From positions 202,618,001-202,682,000 of the forward strand of contig NC_058368.1 in the NCBI RefSeq assembly GCF_018350175.1: DNA of 64,000 nucleotides. The letters are read 5' to 3'. Each line of letters opens with the position of its first letter. Positions within the stretch are counted from its first letter, which is position 1. The stretch is from Felis catus. Taxonomy: Eukaryota. The notes under the pieces are model-generated. The model was not told where the DNA came from and made no database searches. It saw only the letters and a list, made by a program, of their open reading frames with translations. The position numbers and the translations under genes are program-made. Shown piece after piece: positions 39,203 to 52,760 of the stretch.

Positions 39203-39884
39203 CCTGCTATTATCTTTTTTTTTTTTATCGATCTAGCCAGAGAAGATTCTAAGCCGTTTTCTTCTCTACTGAGAGCATACCTCAATTGGAAATTATTATT
39301 CATTTTGATATACTCAAGTTTCAAAGTTGTTTGCTGGGTTAAAAGCATAATGTGACACATTTGTCATGTACATACCATAAATATGAATGGAGAACATTAG
39401 GAAAATATATCCTTTGAAATAATAAAATGTCTTTATTCAAACACTATAAATTTAGAATTTTGGTTATTTGGTGGGAATCAGAATGAAATTTTCCTTTTCA
39501 TTATCTTTGAAGAAAGTATTTCTAAGCAAATTATTTGTAAAGACGAGATTTAAATATATTAAGTAAAACCATTTTCAGAACTTCTGTTGTATAATCACAT
39601 TGATAGGAAATTTACATTTATTCATGTTGATGACGACACGATGGAACTGGTTCGCCTATGTGGCTTGAATATGTCTCATTAGTTTCTAAAATATTCATAT
39701 GCATTAAGTTATTACCCCAATGCATATACTCAAAAATACCTTTGCTGGTGTAATTACCAATTGGTAGTTAAACTGGCAATAGAACTACATTTCTTTTTAA
39801 AATACTCTGATTCTGACTTGTCGTCAGTTTGGACTGACAACACTCACATGTGTCTAACTGCAGGGATATTTGATGTGTTAACAT

Positions 39885-40045
39885 TAGGCAGGCAACATTA
39901 TACAGAGCAGACCGTACCGATAGAGAATTAGAGGCCCTGGGTTCTAATCCAAGTTTTCCCTTAGTGCACTATTTAATCTTGTAAATTAGAATTATATTCT
40001 GTGGCCTCTCCTTACATGTCTGTAACATGAGGAAGTCGGACTATT
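39885..40045 (+). mobile_element. MIR remnant
   Basis: ttagaggccctgggttctaatcc...tctgtggcctc...tctgtaacatgaggaagtcggacta. Confidence 0.6.
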
Positions 40046-41065
40046 AGTAGCTAGCCTTAGAATTCTTTATTCACAGAAAAACTGGAGACCATTATGTCAA
40101 ATAAATAAACGTGTGAATAAAAGCCTCTGTCTCAAATAGTGGTCCGGCCCTGAAGCCCAGACTTCCTTCCCACCACATCCTTCAAAGGCTCTATCAATGC
40201 TGCTGAGAGTATAGTGTGACAACCCAATGACTTAGGTGCTGTCTAGAACTATTATGTGTATAATATTCCAAAATTATTCAGCGTAAACCAGTTAACAAAA
40301 TATATTCTGTCACTTGCCGTGGCAAATGGAAGTTGAATGAAGCACTTTTCTTTTGGAGCTCTTGTTAATTTATAATCCCTTCTTTTTACTAGTTTATGAA
40401 TAAATGATTGCTGTTTCATTATTATTCTATTGTAATCCGTGACCTCTGTACTTCAAAATTCAGTGGGTTAATTTCGCCTCTCATATGAAATAAATAAATG
40501 TAGCAAGTAACACAGGTGTGGTAAAATGCAGAATTTTCTCTGTGTCTTGAGCAGCAGATGTTTGAACTAAGAAGAACATCTGTAGCATCTCAAGTAGTCT
40601 GTTGGGTTTGGGTAATGAATTCTTCATTGGCTATGTGTGCTGGACTTAGTTAAAGCTGATTGGACGAACCCTGAGACTCTGAGTAATCTACTGCCAACAT
40701 GAAGTAAAACTGTGGGAATAAGCAGATCTGTGCCATAAGGAGCCTTCTCCACTGACATTCACAGAAGCCATACAGCATATTGCACACAAGTGCTATCTAT
40801 ACATTCTTATAGTCATGTATTTATATATGTATGTTAAATATTTGTAAATATAGAGAAAACTGAAGCTCAAATTCTTTTTTGCTAGCACTCACGGAATAAT
40901 TCAGGAAATCCAGATAAAATGTACAAATGATGAAACCTTCAGTAGAATTGAATTTCCGAGTGAGCAGGAACTATATTTTGGTTTCTGGAGGTGTCTGTGG
41001 AGCAGACTCCAAATCTGAAATACACACTATCTTGTAAACATGTCAATATTTCATTTGTTGCAGAC

Positions 41066-41102
41066 TGTTTTGTTTTGTTTTGTTTTTTTGTTTTGTTTTT
41101 TG
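41066..41102. repeat. (TTTTG)n microsatellite
   Basis: TTTTG run. Confidence 0.85.
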
Positions 41103-41303
41103 AAACGTGCTATAGAAGAAAAAATAGCTCTGTTAAAATTATTAATTTTATGTTTGGGTGAGTTTATTTCTAACATTTTTTTTGGCATGTTTATTTGAAT
41201 TGACTCTTCTTTGTTAAAAGAAAATATCATTGAGAATTTTGATTATTAGATTCCAAGTTAACAAAGTCTCATGTAATACTTTTTATTATTTTCATGAATT
41301 TTA

Positions 41304-41524
41304 TTTTATTTTTTTTTCAACGTTTTTTATTTTACTTTTGGGACAGAGAGAGACAGAGCATGAACGGGGGAGGGGCAGAGAGAGAGGGAGACACAGAATC
41401 GGAAACAGGCTCCAGGCTCTGAGCCATCAGCCCAGAGCCTGATGCGGGGCTCGAACTCACGGACCGCGAGATCGTGACCTGGCTGAAGTCGGACGCTTAA
41501 CCGACTGCACCACCCAGGCGACCC
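41304..41524 (-). mobile_element. Young Can-SINE (SINEC_Fc type)
   Basis: CpG-rich antisense body; TSD TATTTTCATG(A/G)ATTTTA at 41287-41303 and 41525-41541. Confidence 0.95.
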
Positions 41525-41783
41525 TATTTTCATGGATTTTAAACACATAACCTATGTCCAAGAGTCATTATGAATGACTACTTATTCTTTTATGTCTACC
41601 AGATCTTTATGATTTTGTAAAATTTAGTCCTTGTTTTCAATAAGGACTATTTTCTAGAATACAAATATGATATTATCTTAAGGATAGATATTTCTAATTG
41701 TTTTTGTTGTAACCTATTTACCAAAAAGCCAAATCTATCTCATCTTTTTTTAAATATATTTTTTACTAAAAAAAATTACTACA

Positions 41784-42014
41784 GGGGCGCCTGGGTGGCG
41801 CAGTCGGTTGAGCGTCCGACTTCAGCCAGGTCACGATCTCGCGGTCCGTGAGTTCGAGCCCCGCGTCGGGCTCTGGGCTGATGGCTCAGAGCCTGGAGCC
41901 TGTTTCCGATTCTGTGTCTCCCTCTCTCTCTGCCCCTCCCCCGTTCATGCTCTGTCTCTCTCTGTCCCAAAAATAAATAAACGTTGAAAAAAAAAAATTA
42001 AAAAAAAAAAAAAA
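41784..42014 (+). mobile_element. Very young Can-SINE (SINEC_Fc type)
   Basis: CpGs retained, long poly(A), perfect TSD AAAAAAAATTACTACA at 41768-41783 and 42015-42030. Confidence 0.96.
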
Positions 42015-44299
42015 AAAAAAAATTACTACATACTGGGATGATTGATTTTTCGGAGAAAATTAGGAAGAGAAAAAAAAAAGAATCAACCTAAAAAACTTTT
42101 AAAACGAAAATATATATTTTATTGACTAATTATCTTCTGTAAGAGATACATCAGAAGGGTAAAAATGTCTTAATAATATTGAAGCTTTAGTCCTTGACTT
42201 CATGTCTCTTTTGATTTTTCCAAACCAATAAATTTTCCTTTTTAATGCATAAATTACATACTTTACATAATTACATACTTTATTCATTTTTAATATTAAT
42301 TGTATCTCAAACTAGCTAGATATTTTCTTAATTTTTCCCAAAAATAGAATTAATGTTATTCTTACTCTAATATATTGGATATTTTTAATTAGCTTTGATT
42401 TTGGGCCCTCTTGCATTAGTCTTAACATAAAGATAATATAGCCAGTGCCATTTTAAAAGAAATAATATAACCTGTGATTACAAAATTCTTTAATAATCTG
42501 TTGCTTTTTCTGGAAATTACCATATTTTTTAGAAAATAGATCTGATATATTATGAAAATAGAACTTCATTTTGATTATTTTGCATTTTCCTTCTCAACAT
42601 TTCAAAACACCCAATGATGCCCACTCCATTGGGTTGTTACAAGATTTATAAACCCTGTCCAGAAAATGCTTAGCCCATCTGCCATATAGTCAGCACTCAA
42701 AAGTATTAGCTATTAGCGATGGAATCCTCTAGTGCCAAAATTTGGCAAAACTAGTTCTTTTAAATTCATCCATACTCTTTATTATCATTCAGGCATTGGC
42801 CAAATACCTCATCAGCCTAAAACTGAGGATACTGATGATTCTAAGTCCATTTAATTTATTCTGAGAAAAATGTCAGTCTTTTCACTTATGCTTGTATCCA
42901 CTTTAATTTCCGTTTTCTATTTTTTGGAAATCTTTATTTCCACTTTCTCTTTGGATTCCTACTGACTGAGCTTTGTCCAATGTGCAAATAATAATAGTCT
43001 TTGTTTCATGTCAAAAGCCTGCCTAGGGATATTCATTCTAGTACTGTGCAAGCCTTTTGGATTGAAATAATGCTAGGGCAGATGTCTTTTGGGGCAGACT
43101 CTAAACATCTCTCCAGGGATGTTACCAACAGTTAGGAACCTACAATCTCATTACACCTATATAAAAATGAAAATTTTGGCACTTTCTCCATAAATCATTA
43201 CGTTGTGTCACAAGGCTCAAATATTAAGTCTATAAATCCCTCATAAGCAACTTAAAATTCATTTCTTTTTATTTTCTCCAGAGAAATGGAAAGCACTCTC
43301 TGAGCTATAACTTAACGCCTGCTATTAAATCAACTCTACTGAATGTACTTTATAGGAAGTGAGGGATTTATCTTCATGTTTCTCTGGCACTGACACTACT
43401 CCAATTTGATTAACTAAATCATCATTCCTGAATCAATCCTTCCCCTCAGATCACTTTGTTAGGTTTGAGGGTAAACCAAGAGTTTTTGCAATTTTCCCCT
43501 GTGTAATATATTAGCAATTTCAATTCAGTCATCTAACAAACATTAACTGAGCACCCACTATACATCAGACACAGACTTGCAGACGTAATGAAGACTTGCA
43601 GACATAATCAAGAAAGGAAAAACATGGTTTCCATTTTAGCTTCACTCAAGAAAGGAAACCAACTAGTTTGAAAAATGTGTGTTTCCTGAGCATTTTAGCC
43701 TTCAGCAAAGCACACAAAAATTGCATATTTTATCAGGCTGACCAGAAAAGAGGAGAAAGGAAGAAAAAGAAGCACGAGCCGCTATGCCTTGCTGCGTGGA
43801 AACACATTGACTAAAACCATCTCATTACTGGAGAACAAATCAGCAAATTATTAAGGATAAGTGATATAATTGGGAATGTTGTTGTTGTCTGCTTTTTGTA
43901 ATTAAAATTTCCTGAACTATAAAACAGAGAAGTTAATGAGTATTGCAGTTCTGTAATATGCTCATTTAATTATCCAGGAATTTAAAAGAAATATACTGGG
44001 AGATTTGTGTGTACATACATACACAAATACACATATATGCATATATACATGTGTACATATATACATACATATATTTTAACAAAGTATAATTTTGGAGTTA
44101 CAACTAGTTTGATTTTTATTTATGTTGTTGCTTAAAGTCTGTTCTCTTCTTCCTAAAACATCCAGCTTTGGTGTCATAACTATGTCATTAACTGCCACTC
44201 CTTATCTCAGTTGACCCCACTACCTCTCCTAGCCATGAAAATCAGTTTCCTTTGTTCTTTGAAGGTCTCAGCTGCATGCTCACTGTCACTGTGTCCACA

Positions 44300-44610
44300 A
44301 CTACTATTGTTTTTCTTGTGGATTTCAATATCCAAATAGATGACTCTTCTAGCACCTTGAACTCATCACCTCCAATAATCTCCATTCTATCATGACCACT
44401 CACTGGTCTTTGATAGTCATTTTCATCACAAATTCTACGTCTGCTCCAGTCTCAACTCCAAACATACTGCTGTCAACCACCACCTCATAGCTTTCCAGAT
44501 CACTCCATTGCCTCAATTCTAACAATTTTTACAGTCTACTGGGATCAATTAATTGATTGTACCTTCTTTTCCTTAACTTTCACGCAGTTCATGTCCTCAC
44601 ACTCTCAACA
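44300..44610 (+). mobile_element. L2 ORF2 (endonuclease region) remnant
   Basis: gtggatttcaatatccaaatagat (GDFNIH.D-like) and tcaaccaccacctc (SDHHL-like) in a pyrimidine-rich block. Confidence 0.55.
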
Positions 44611-44619
44611 GAAAAGATT

Positions 44620-44888
44620 TAAGAGGTCTCCCCAGCCATCAGCATCAGCTGAAATTTTAATAAATAACCAGCACCAACTTTTAAGCTGTATGAGTAAGAC
44701 ATCTTAGAAGGGGATTATCTACTCCCCCAGTTGAAAAACCCCATGTGATGCTGCAGACTTCAGAGATTCACCATTCTTGCTGATCCCCCCCCCCCCCAAA
44801 TTTCAGATTCCTGAGAAAAGTAAATGACTGTTGTATTTTAAGCCATAAGTTTTAGAATGACTTGTTATATAATAATACATAGCTATGG
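44620..44888 (+). mobile_element. MaLR LTR 3' fragment (older MLT1)
   Basis: ccaaatttcagattcctgagaaaagtaaatgactgttgtattttaagccataagttttagaatgacttgttat MLT1 3' terminus. Confidence 0.7.
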
Positions 44889-44924
44889 CATGTGGCTGTA
44901 GGGACAAAATCTTGATGATATAAT

Positions 44925-45128
44925 TGCCATAATTTCTTATAAACTCTGTGATCCTTGGGAAGCCAATTAATCTCTTCAAACATTCTGTTTGCTGTGAAAA
45001 AAAAATAATTATAATCCTTACCTCTTAATGTTATTTGACAATAAAATAGATAAAGCATTTAAAGCTCTTAGAATAGTTACTTAACTCATAATAATTTCTT
45101 AGTAATTTCTGGCCACTATTATTATTTT
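44925..45128 (+). mobile_element. MIR remnant
   Basis: ctgtgatccttgggaagccaattaatctct...taaagcatttaaagctcttagaatagt...actattattatt. Confidence 0.7.
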
Positions 45129-45227
45129 GTATAATGATTTCCCCTGGTATAGTATCTTCTGTTTCAATTTTTTTCCTCTGAATCTATATTCCTTTCTCTC
45201 TTCTCTTTTCAGATTATATATATTTTT

Positions 45228-45280
45228 ATATTATATTATATTATATTATATTATATTATATTATATTATATATTACATTA
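45228..45280. repeat. (ATATT)n microsatellite
   Basis: Tandem ATATT run. Confidence 0.92.
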
Positions 45281-45934
45281 ATATATTTTAAAGCATTTGG
45301 GGGGGCTTTCTCATCCTTTTGTTTCTAATTCAGCCTTTTCTCTTCCCTTAATGGACTATTTTATTCATTTCTGCCTTTCTGTTTTTCTCTTATATTGTCT
45401 GTAGGCAAAATTTGTTTTCAAAAACTGCAGAGTGGTAATAATGCATTAATTTAATAATACATGAAAGTAGTAAAATTTTACAAATCATACAAATTGTTCA
45501 AAAGAGAAATGTGCAATTGTCTTCATTGCTAGTAAGTTAAAATTAATATTAAATGTGTGTATGAATTAGCTGTTAACCACTTAAATTACACAAAGTTAAC
45601 TAATAGAATTCATTTTCTAATTCATAAAGGAATACAATAATAAATAAAAGTGATCTTGAATATTCTGTATTGCTTCAAGTTCACACTGAAATGATTGAAA
45701 AGCAGACATCGTGATAGAGAGGAAGTAAAAACAAAGGCTTAAATGACTCTTGCCATGGCTAATCAAAATTTTGAATAAGAGAAAGTCCAAAACTCATTAG
45801 CACTAAACAGCTGAAATGAATCCATGACAAAAAATTTGAAAATGACAAAAATCACATCTAAAATGAAATTGTACAATATTGTTAATTTTTACATAGTGGG
45901 AATATGTAGAATAGCTGTTTTGTTTTTGTGTTTA

Positions 45935-46160
45935 AGTATCTACCAGTTATGTTTCTACAGATGCCAGGGGCTTTGCATTCATTATCTCACTTACTCCTTG
46001 TAGTGATTCTTCAGGCTTTATCTGCATTTTTTTGTAAAGGCCAGTACAGACTTAGAGAGATTAAGTGGGCTCCCCAGTGTAAAACAGCTAGTGAGAAGCC
46101 AGGCAAGAATTTTACTTAAGAACTGTCTCACTCCAAAGTGCACCCTCTTTTCACCATAGT
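45935..46160 (-). mobile_element. MIR remnant
   Basis: atgccaggggctttgcattcattatctcactta...gacttagagagattaagtgggc...acagctagtgag...ctgtctcactccaaagtgcaccctctttt. Confidence 0.7.
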
Positions 46161-47479
46161 ACAGATTTTACAAGCCAGAGACATAATGTTCTCCTTCAGA
46201 TAATACCCTGAAGTTTTGAAAATGGAAAGTAATCAAGAACTACTTCCATAGCATCTTAGCAAAGTAGGATTTTTCCTCAGAGCCAAAGACTAGTTGAATA
46301 AAGACATGAAATACTCCCTTATACTTTAAATGACTTGGAAACAATGTAATTACATATTGTACCATAATTTCAATCAGGTAGTTTCACCAGGGTGAAGTAA
46401 TCTAAACTTTTATGGGTTAATACTTAATTCAAAGTGTTTTCCTAGTTTATCTGACAACCTTCAAGGTGACATATTCTTTATGAGAATTTTATACTTTGTT
46501 TTAATCGTAAAGTTTTGAAAATAACTTGTCAAAAAACAATATGTAAAAATAAGAACAATATTGTTGAACCATACATTTGACATACAGATCGATATCTTAG
46601 AAATATCACATTTTTCCAACACAAATAAATGCAATAAGATAATACATTGTTCTGTACAAATCATGTCATCAAAATACACAAGTTGGTCAAATCTCATAAA
46701 ACCCTTGGATGTTTGCAAGTTAATTTTCAAGAGAAACTAGGGCTATGTAAAAGGAAAGGCTGAATAGATTTTGGAGAACATGTAAATATTCAGATCGTTT
46801 GGAAAGAGGCAAAAGGATTTTTCGCAGCAGAGAAGCTATAAGGCTTAAAAATTAACCCTAAACACAGAAAATTGTGGAATTCTTAAAATGTTTTTAACAA
46901 ACTGACACCTGGGTTTTTTACACCGCTGGTCACACCCCCAAAAGATTTACATAGGGGCCAGTGACAGCCCCCGGTGTTTGGTTTGTGTGTTTTGACATTT
47001 AAGGGTAGAAACTGCAATGTATTCAGCTCTTGGTACCTTGGAAACAAGCAGCAGTAAAAACCACCTTAGGAAGAAAACATTTTAAGAAATACAGAGCTGA
47101 CCAGTATCAGCTGGCTGCGTAGGAGTCGGAGGCACAGAAAGTGTTGGTTATGCCAAAGCAATCGATCCCTCTCATTAGAAGCACAGCAGGGCTATGTGAA
47201 GATGCCTTCCTCGTACAGGAAGTGTATGCCTTCCATATACACATCTACGTTTTTTTGTTGTTGTTGTTTGGTAAATTCAGATGACACTTTTCCTTTTCTC
47301 TGCACTGAAGTTTAACATTTTTCTCTTCCTTTGGTTTACCAGGTGACTGGAGAAGAAATATGTATCTCCCCCTACAGTTCAATATGTAATGAAACTTTCT
47401 CAGAATTCATAAGGGGAGTAGATATTAAGCACTTCTGAACTGTCCTCAGGGACAGATCCTGTTAAAATTCTCTTTACAT

Positions 47480-47699
47480 GGGCAACTGGGTGGCTCACTT
47501 GTTTGAGCATCCAACTCTTGATTTTAGCTCAGGCCATGGTCTCATGGTTTGTGGGTTCCAGCCTCATCTTGGGCTCTGCACTGACAGAGCAGAGCCTGCT
47601 TGGGAATCTCTGTCTCCCTCTCTGCCCCTTCCCTGTGTGCACTCTCTCTCTCTCTCTCAAAATAAATAAATAAACTTAAAAACAAACAAACAAAAAAAA
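47480..47699 (+). mobile_element. Can-SINE (older)
   Basis: ctgggtggctcac head, gcagagcctgcttgggaatctc core, CT tract, A-rich tail. Confidence 0.9.
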
Positions 47700-49604
47700 C
47701 CTGTTCTTGTTTCTCCATGAAGAGAACTGGGAGCTTTCTGTGAGTGATCATCACGCTTTAGCTAAACAAGTTTGCCCATTCAAACAGTTAAATAGAGTAA
47801 ACAGCAGGGACAGATGAAGCCATTCTTCAGGTGGGAAGGAATGGAAGAATCTTGCTTCTCTAGGCTCAGGAAAGTAAATACATGGTATCTATTTTCTCAC
47901 TTCCACAGAAGTATAGCAACCTGATTCACTCATTTTCATTTCCACGTCATCAAGTTTTAAATTTTGGCTTGTCATGTGCCTCACGTGTGTTCCTTCTTCT
48001 GCCATTCCCAAACATCTGTCTGTTTCACATCATCATTATTTTGCATTTAAATTATAGGTAAAGTCTCCTAGTTAATCTGCCAGCTTTCTTTCTCTCCTGA
48101 CATGATTACATGTCATAGCTTCCTGTCATCAGAATCTCCTAATCGATCAATGGATGAAACAACACAAATCATGACATTACTTTTCTAGTCCAGAATCACA
48201 GTGATTGCAATTCATTTTATTTATTTGGTTTTGTAATTCATTTTTCACTGTAACATGGAATAATTCTAATAGCTCAAACATGTAGTCTCTCACTGCCACA
48301 CTACTTAGCTTTTTGTGTGGTTACTTGATTCTTTTCTCTCACTTACATCGAATTTGGATTATTCTCTCCTCATATATCCCTTCTCTTTGTTCTTTCTTTC
48401 CATCACTACCATCTTTATATGAAATATCCTCTACAATCTTCTCAGCTAAATCACCCTGTAATACTCGAAAGGATTATTTGACGTCTTGATATGATTACTA
48501 ATATGTTGCCAGAAATTAACCTATAGTTCCTTCATGCACTCACACCATTTATCTCCAAGAATTTAGTGCATGATTTTTTAACTTGATCCCTTAATTCGAT
48601 TTCTTAGTATTAAATGCCACACAGATAGACCTAGTTAGTATTATGTGAATATAAATTCTATAAGTAAGTACTTTATTGTGTAAGAATAAGGTAAGAAGAT
48701 ACATTGTGAATATACACCACTGCAACTGAATTTATGATAATGACTTCATACTATTCCCTGCGACATGGGATAAGTTTAAAGGTTTGGCAAGAAAATCACA
48801 ACCCACCACTTATCTGTTGATAATTACTCACTGTGTGATAGACATTGTAAGCTAGGTAATTATAATAAAACATCGATGCTGTCTTCCCTGATTTCATTGA
48901 GTTCACATACTAAACACCCAAACTATGTACTGCTAATGAAAATTATAAGAAATAATTCCTTGATTTAAAACACATTTTATCATTAGTGATGTTGCAGATA
49001 ATTTCCTATGAGTGGCACATAAGCCACATATCTGTGTGATTCTATATGTGTATATTATATGTGGTATGAAAACAATGAAAATGTTTTTCAGGCTAGACTG
49101 TGGTCATAGAAATTCTCTTTCTTCTATTGAATTATTGGTTTAATCTAAACAAATGTGTTGATTAATACTACTGAGGATACTTCAGCATTTTCGATAAATT
49201 TTCAACATTGTCAGCAATAAAAGTGGAAATATGTATACTGGGAATATGTTAAGGTTTATTAAAGGAAACAAATCCTCAAATGCAATTTGGGAAATAAACT
49301 AATAGTGGCATTCCACGCCACCTCACTAGTGGAAGTAACATTTTTCCCAAAAATTTTGGAATATTTTGGTAAATTTGTTTATGAAAAGTGTTAAGCTTTT
49401 GTTGTTATTGTTAGTTGTTTGCTTGTTTTCCCCTCTAACTTTTGATTCTGAACCTTAGGTGACCTTACTTGGAAGATAAATGTCAACCTCCTAATTTCTA
49501 TAGAAGTCATTAGCATTTGGTTTTGTGGTGTATTTTTAAAAGTGAAGCAGGTAACAGGTTGAGGTAATTCTTAATCACCAATTTAATGTTCTAATTGTTT
49601 TAAA

Positions 49605-50260
49605 GTAAATCAGTCATTTTTTGGAGTGCTTCTGATGAGCATTGAACTTGGCAAGATCAGAGAAGTAAGTAGGTGATAGGCATAGCTCTTTCCATAGCTC
49701 TTCCATCAGGAAGACAAGAGAAAAACAAAATTATACAAGTTTTTAAAAATTACAATATAGAAGTAGAAGAGAGCAGTTGAAGATATTGTAGAGTCCAGTC
49801 AATCAGAAACTCTTCACTGAACCTCTATCACATGCCAGACCCTCAGATAAGTCCCGGCATATGATGGTGAGCAAGTGAAATGAAAGCAGAAGATATGGGA
49901 CAAATGTGTTAGCAAGTGATTTATATACTAATGGAAATTGTTACAGCAATTCTAAGGAAATATTGCCAAGGAATTTTGAAGAATGGGTAGAATTTAAATC
50001 TGTAGAAAGAAGAGCCTCTCATGCATATAGAATATAGTGAACAAAGATATTTCTTGAAAGGAATTCTGATTCAGCAAAGTCCATGGGTTGTTTTTTTTCT
50101 TGGGGGGGTGGGTGGAGTAGGAGTTTGGTGATGGTGGAGTTTCTAGAGAAAGACGAAGAGAAAATTAGAAAGTTAAAAAAGTAGACTGAGCCCCGATTGT
50201 GAAGAACTTTGAATGCTGGGCTGAAAGAAGTTGGATTTAGGAAATTACCACTGAAGGATT
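49605..50260 (-). mobile_element. L2 LINE remnants
   Basis: Purine-rich block with L2 3' motifs (ttcactgaacctctatccacatgccagac; ttttgaagaatgggtagaatttaa; gattgtgaagaactttgaatgctgggctgaaagaagttggattt). Confidence 0.55.
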
Positions 50261-50685
50261 TTGTGTCTGTTACTGTTCAAGCACATGCAATTATCCGTGC
50301 CAAGTCCCCTCTTTGAGCTTGATGTTTCTTCCACTAACATCCCAGCAATGCAAAAGAGGCTGGAAGGTAACTGAAGGGGTTTGAATTAGCAGACTTGTAA
50401 AAGTCTGGGATACTTGATCGATACATATGTTTTTCTAAGCAGATAAATTATAGAGACTGAAAAGAATATCTGCTGAATTGAGAAGGTTTTCTGGAGAGGT
50501 GTGATTAGTTTTTAAAAAGTGAGGCTAAATGATATTTATGAGATAGATATTAGACCTTTAGCGTGTTTAACTTTGCTGCATACATAGGTGTCTCAAACTG
50601 CAAATGGAAAGTATCTCTCTGTCTACACATACATATGTGTGGTTATGTTAATTTAATAACTGTAAATTAGAAAATTGATATTCAA

Positions 50686-50856
50686 GCTTATTTATTTATT
50701 TATATTTGAGAGATAGAGACAGAAAGAGGGAAAGCATGAGTGGGGGAGGGCAGAGAGAGGGAGAGATCAAATCCCAAGCAGGCTGTGCGCTGTCGTAACC
50801 ATGAGATCATGACCTGACCCGAAATCAAGTCAGATGCTTAAGCTCCCAGATGCCCC
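50686..50856 (-). mobile_element. Internally deleted Can-SINE
   Basis: 171-bp antisense body; perfect 18-bp TSD TAGAAAATTGATATTCAA at 50668-50685 and 50857-50874. Confidence 0.9.
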
Positions 50857-50978
50857 TAGAAAATTGATATTCAATATGGAATTCTGTATTCTTTAGTTCC
50901 TGGCCTTTAAAAAACAGTTGTAGAACATACATGTATATCTCCACAGTACAGTTTTTAAAACGTACTGTTTCATGTTCA

Positions 50979-51205
50979 TTTTTTTAATTTTTAAATTTTA
51001 TTTAACTCCAAGTTAGTTAACATATAGTGTAACGATGGTTTCAGAAGTAGAATTTAGTAACTCGTCACTTACTCATCCCCACAAGTGCCCTCCTTTATGC
51101 CCATCACCCTTTTAGCCCATCCCCCTGCCCAACATTCTTCCAGCACCCCTCTGTATTTAAGAGTCTCTTATAGTTTGCCTCCGTTTTTCTCTTGTTTTTT
51201 CCTTT
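50979..51205 (-). mobile_element. Carnivore L1 3' UTR fragment (within older L1M-like sequence, about 50880-51480)
   Basis: tccaagttagttaacatatagtgtaacgatggtttcagaagtaga parallels the L1 3' UTR at 20630-20675. Confidence 0.75.
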
Positions 51206-51650
51206 TTTAACTTTATGAAAAGGTTAAAAGCTGTGTATTTTTTCTACAGGATGTGCTTCTTTCACTAATTAACTTGTTGACCTATTCATCCATGTCATTG
51301 CATGTTGCTGCAAAGCACTCATTTTCAATGCAGTCTAATATTTCATAATGTACGCAGACAGTTTCCAGTTTTTTGCTCTTAAAAGCCATGCTGCTGTAGA
51401 CATTCTTCTTTACACACATGCCTGTGCAAGAGTTTCTCTTGGGTATTTAACTGTAAATGGACATGTTGTAGGTTAAGTAAATCTTATAAAGTAAACAAGT
51501 TACCTATGACTTTCAGAATTAGAAATGAAAACCCTGTGTGGTTTAACACAGTCCTGGTAAATTCTGAGTAGTGAGTTGAATACAAGATAAGTGAAGAGGA
51601 GAGAGGGCTTATTGGGACATCAGAGTAGAGTTCTGACAGTGTTTTAAGGA

Positions 51651-51654
<4 letters not shown>

Positions 51655-51696
<42 letters not shown>
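51655..51696. repeat. (GT)21 microsatellite
   Basis: Pure GT run. Confidence 0.96.
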
Positions 51697-51698
<2 letters not shown>

Positions 51699-51789
51699 CT
51701 TAATGAATATGTTTTGCTATAGGCAAAGAGACATAGACAACTTTATGTTATATAAATTCAAAAAAGTGCATTAAATAAGGTCTACCAGG

Positions 51790-52175
51790 TAGTAAATTGA
51801 AAGATAGGCCATCCAGGTCTGAGATGCCACTTCCATGATGTTATCAGTACCCAGCCTCCATTTGCTATAGGATGCAACTGCTGCTGTCGCTATTAGGAAG
51901 GCTTCCCTACCCCAGCCATCAAGTTCACATTTCAGGTGAGAAGAGAAAGGCCAAATGGCAATAAAGGGCAACTCCAATTGGGACATCCTTTTATGTTTCC
52001 AGAAACCCCATCCAATAACTTTGACTTTTATTTCATTGACCAGTAATGAATCACTTGGCTGCTCCATTCTTCCAAAAAGTATGAGTAACTATTTTGTTAT
52101 GCTGACCATTTTGCCATCCCAAATATTTGGGAATTTTAAAAGGAAAAGGAAATGGATATTAATAAAGCAATTAGT
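51790..52175 (-). mobile_element. Old MaLR LTR (MLT1J/K-like)
   Basis: ttccatgatgttatcagtacccagcctcc...ttccagaaacccc...tttcattgaccagtaatgaatcacttggc. Confidence 0.55.
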
Positions 52176-52313
52176 AATATGCCCTAATATGTGAGAAGCA
52201 GTGTATCCCAATATGTGATGTAACAGACACCAGTTCTCTTATAATCAGATGGTTTCTGTGTCTAGAATAATAGCACTATAAACTTTTATGTTAAAAATAA
52301 AAAGATACTTACC

Positions 52314-52474
52314 AGGGCACTTGGGTGGCTCCGTTGGTTAAGCATCCGACTTCAGCTCAGCTCATGATCTCACAGCTCATGGGTTCAAGGCTCTCATTGG
52401 GCTCTGTGCTGATAGCTCAGAGCCTGGAGCCTGCTTTGGATTCTGTGTCTCCCTCTCTCTATGCCCCTTCCCTG

Positions 52475-52507
<33 letters not shown>

Positions 52508-52549
52508 AAAAATAAATAAACATTAAAAAATAATAAAAAATAAATAAAT
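52314..52549 (+). mobile_element. Can-SINE
   Basis: gggcacttgggtggctcc head, long CT tract, A-rich tail; degenerate TSD aaaataaaagatactta / aaaatgaaaacataccta. Confidence 0.92.
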
Positions 52550-52760
52550 AAAAATGAAAACATACCTAGACAGGGTAAATGACTTTCTTAAGTTCATAGA
52601 GTTATTAGCAACTGATCTTTTGAGTCGACATTTCTTGACTGTCAGGAAAATTTATTTGTTTTTCCTCTACCTAAAGCCCTGCACAAGCAGAATCCCCACA
52701 GGAACAGATGGCATTCTGAAGTTACAGAGTAAAGGGAAGGTTTTAAAAAGGGGACTACTT

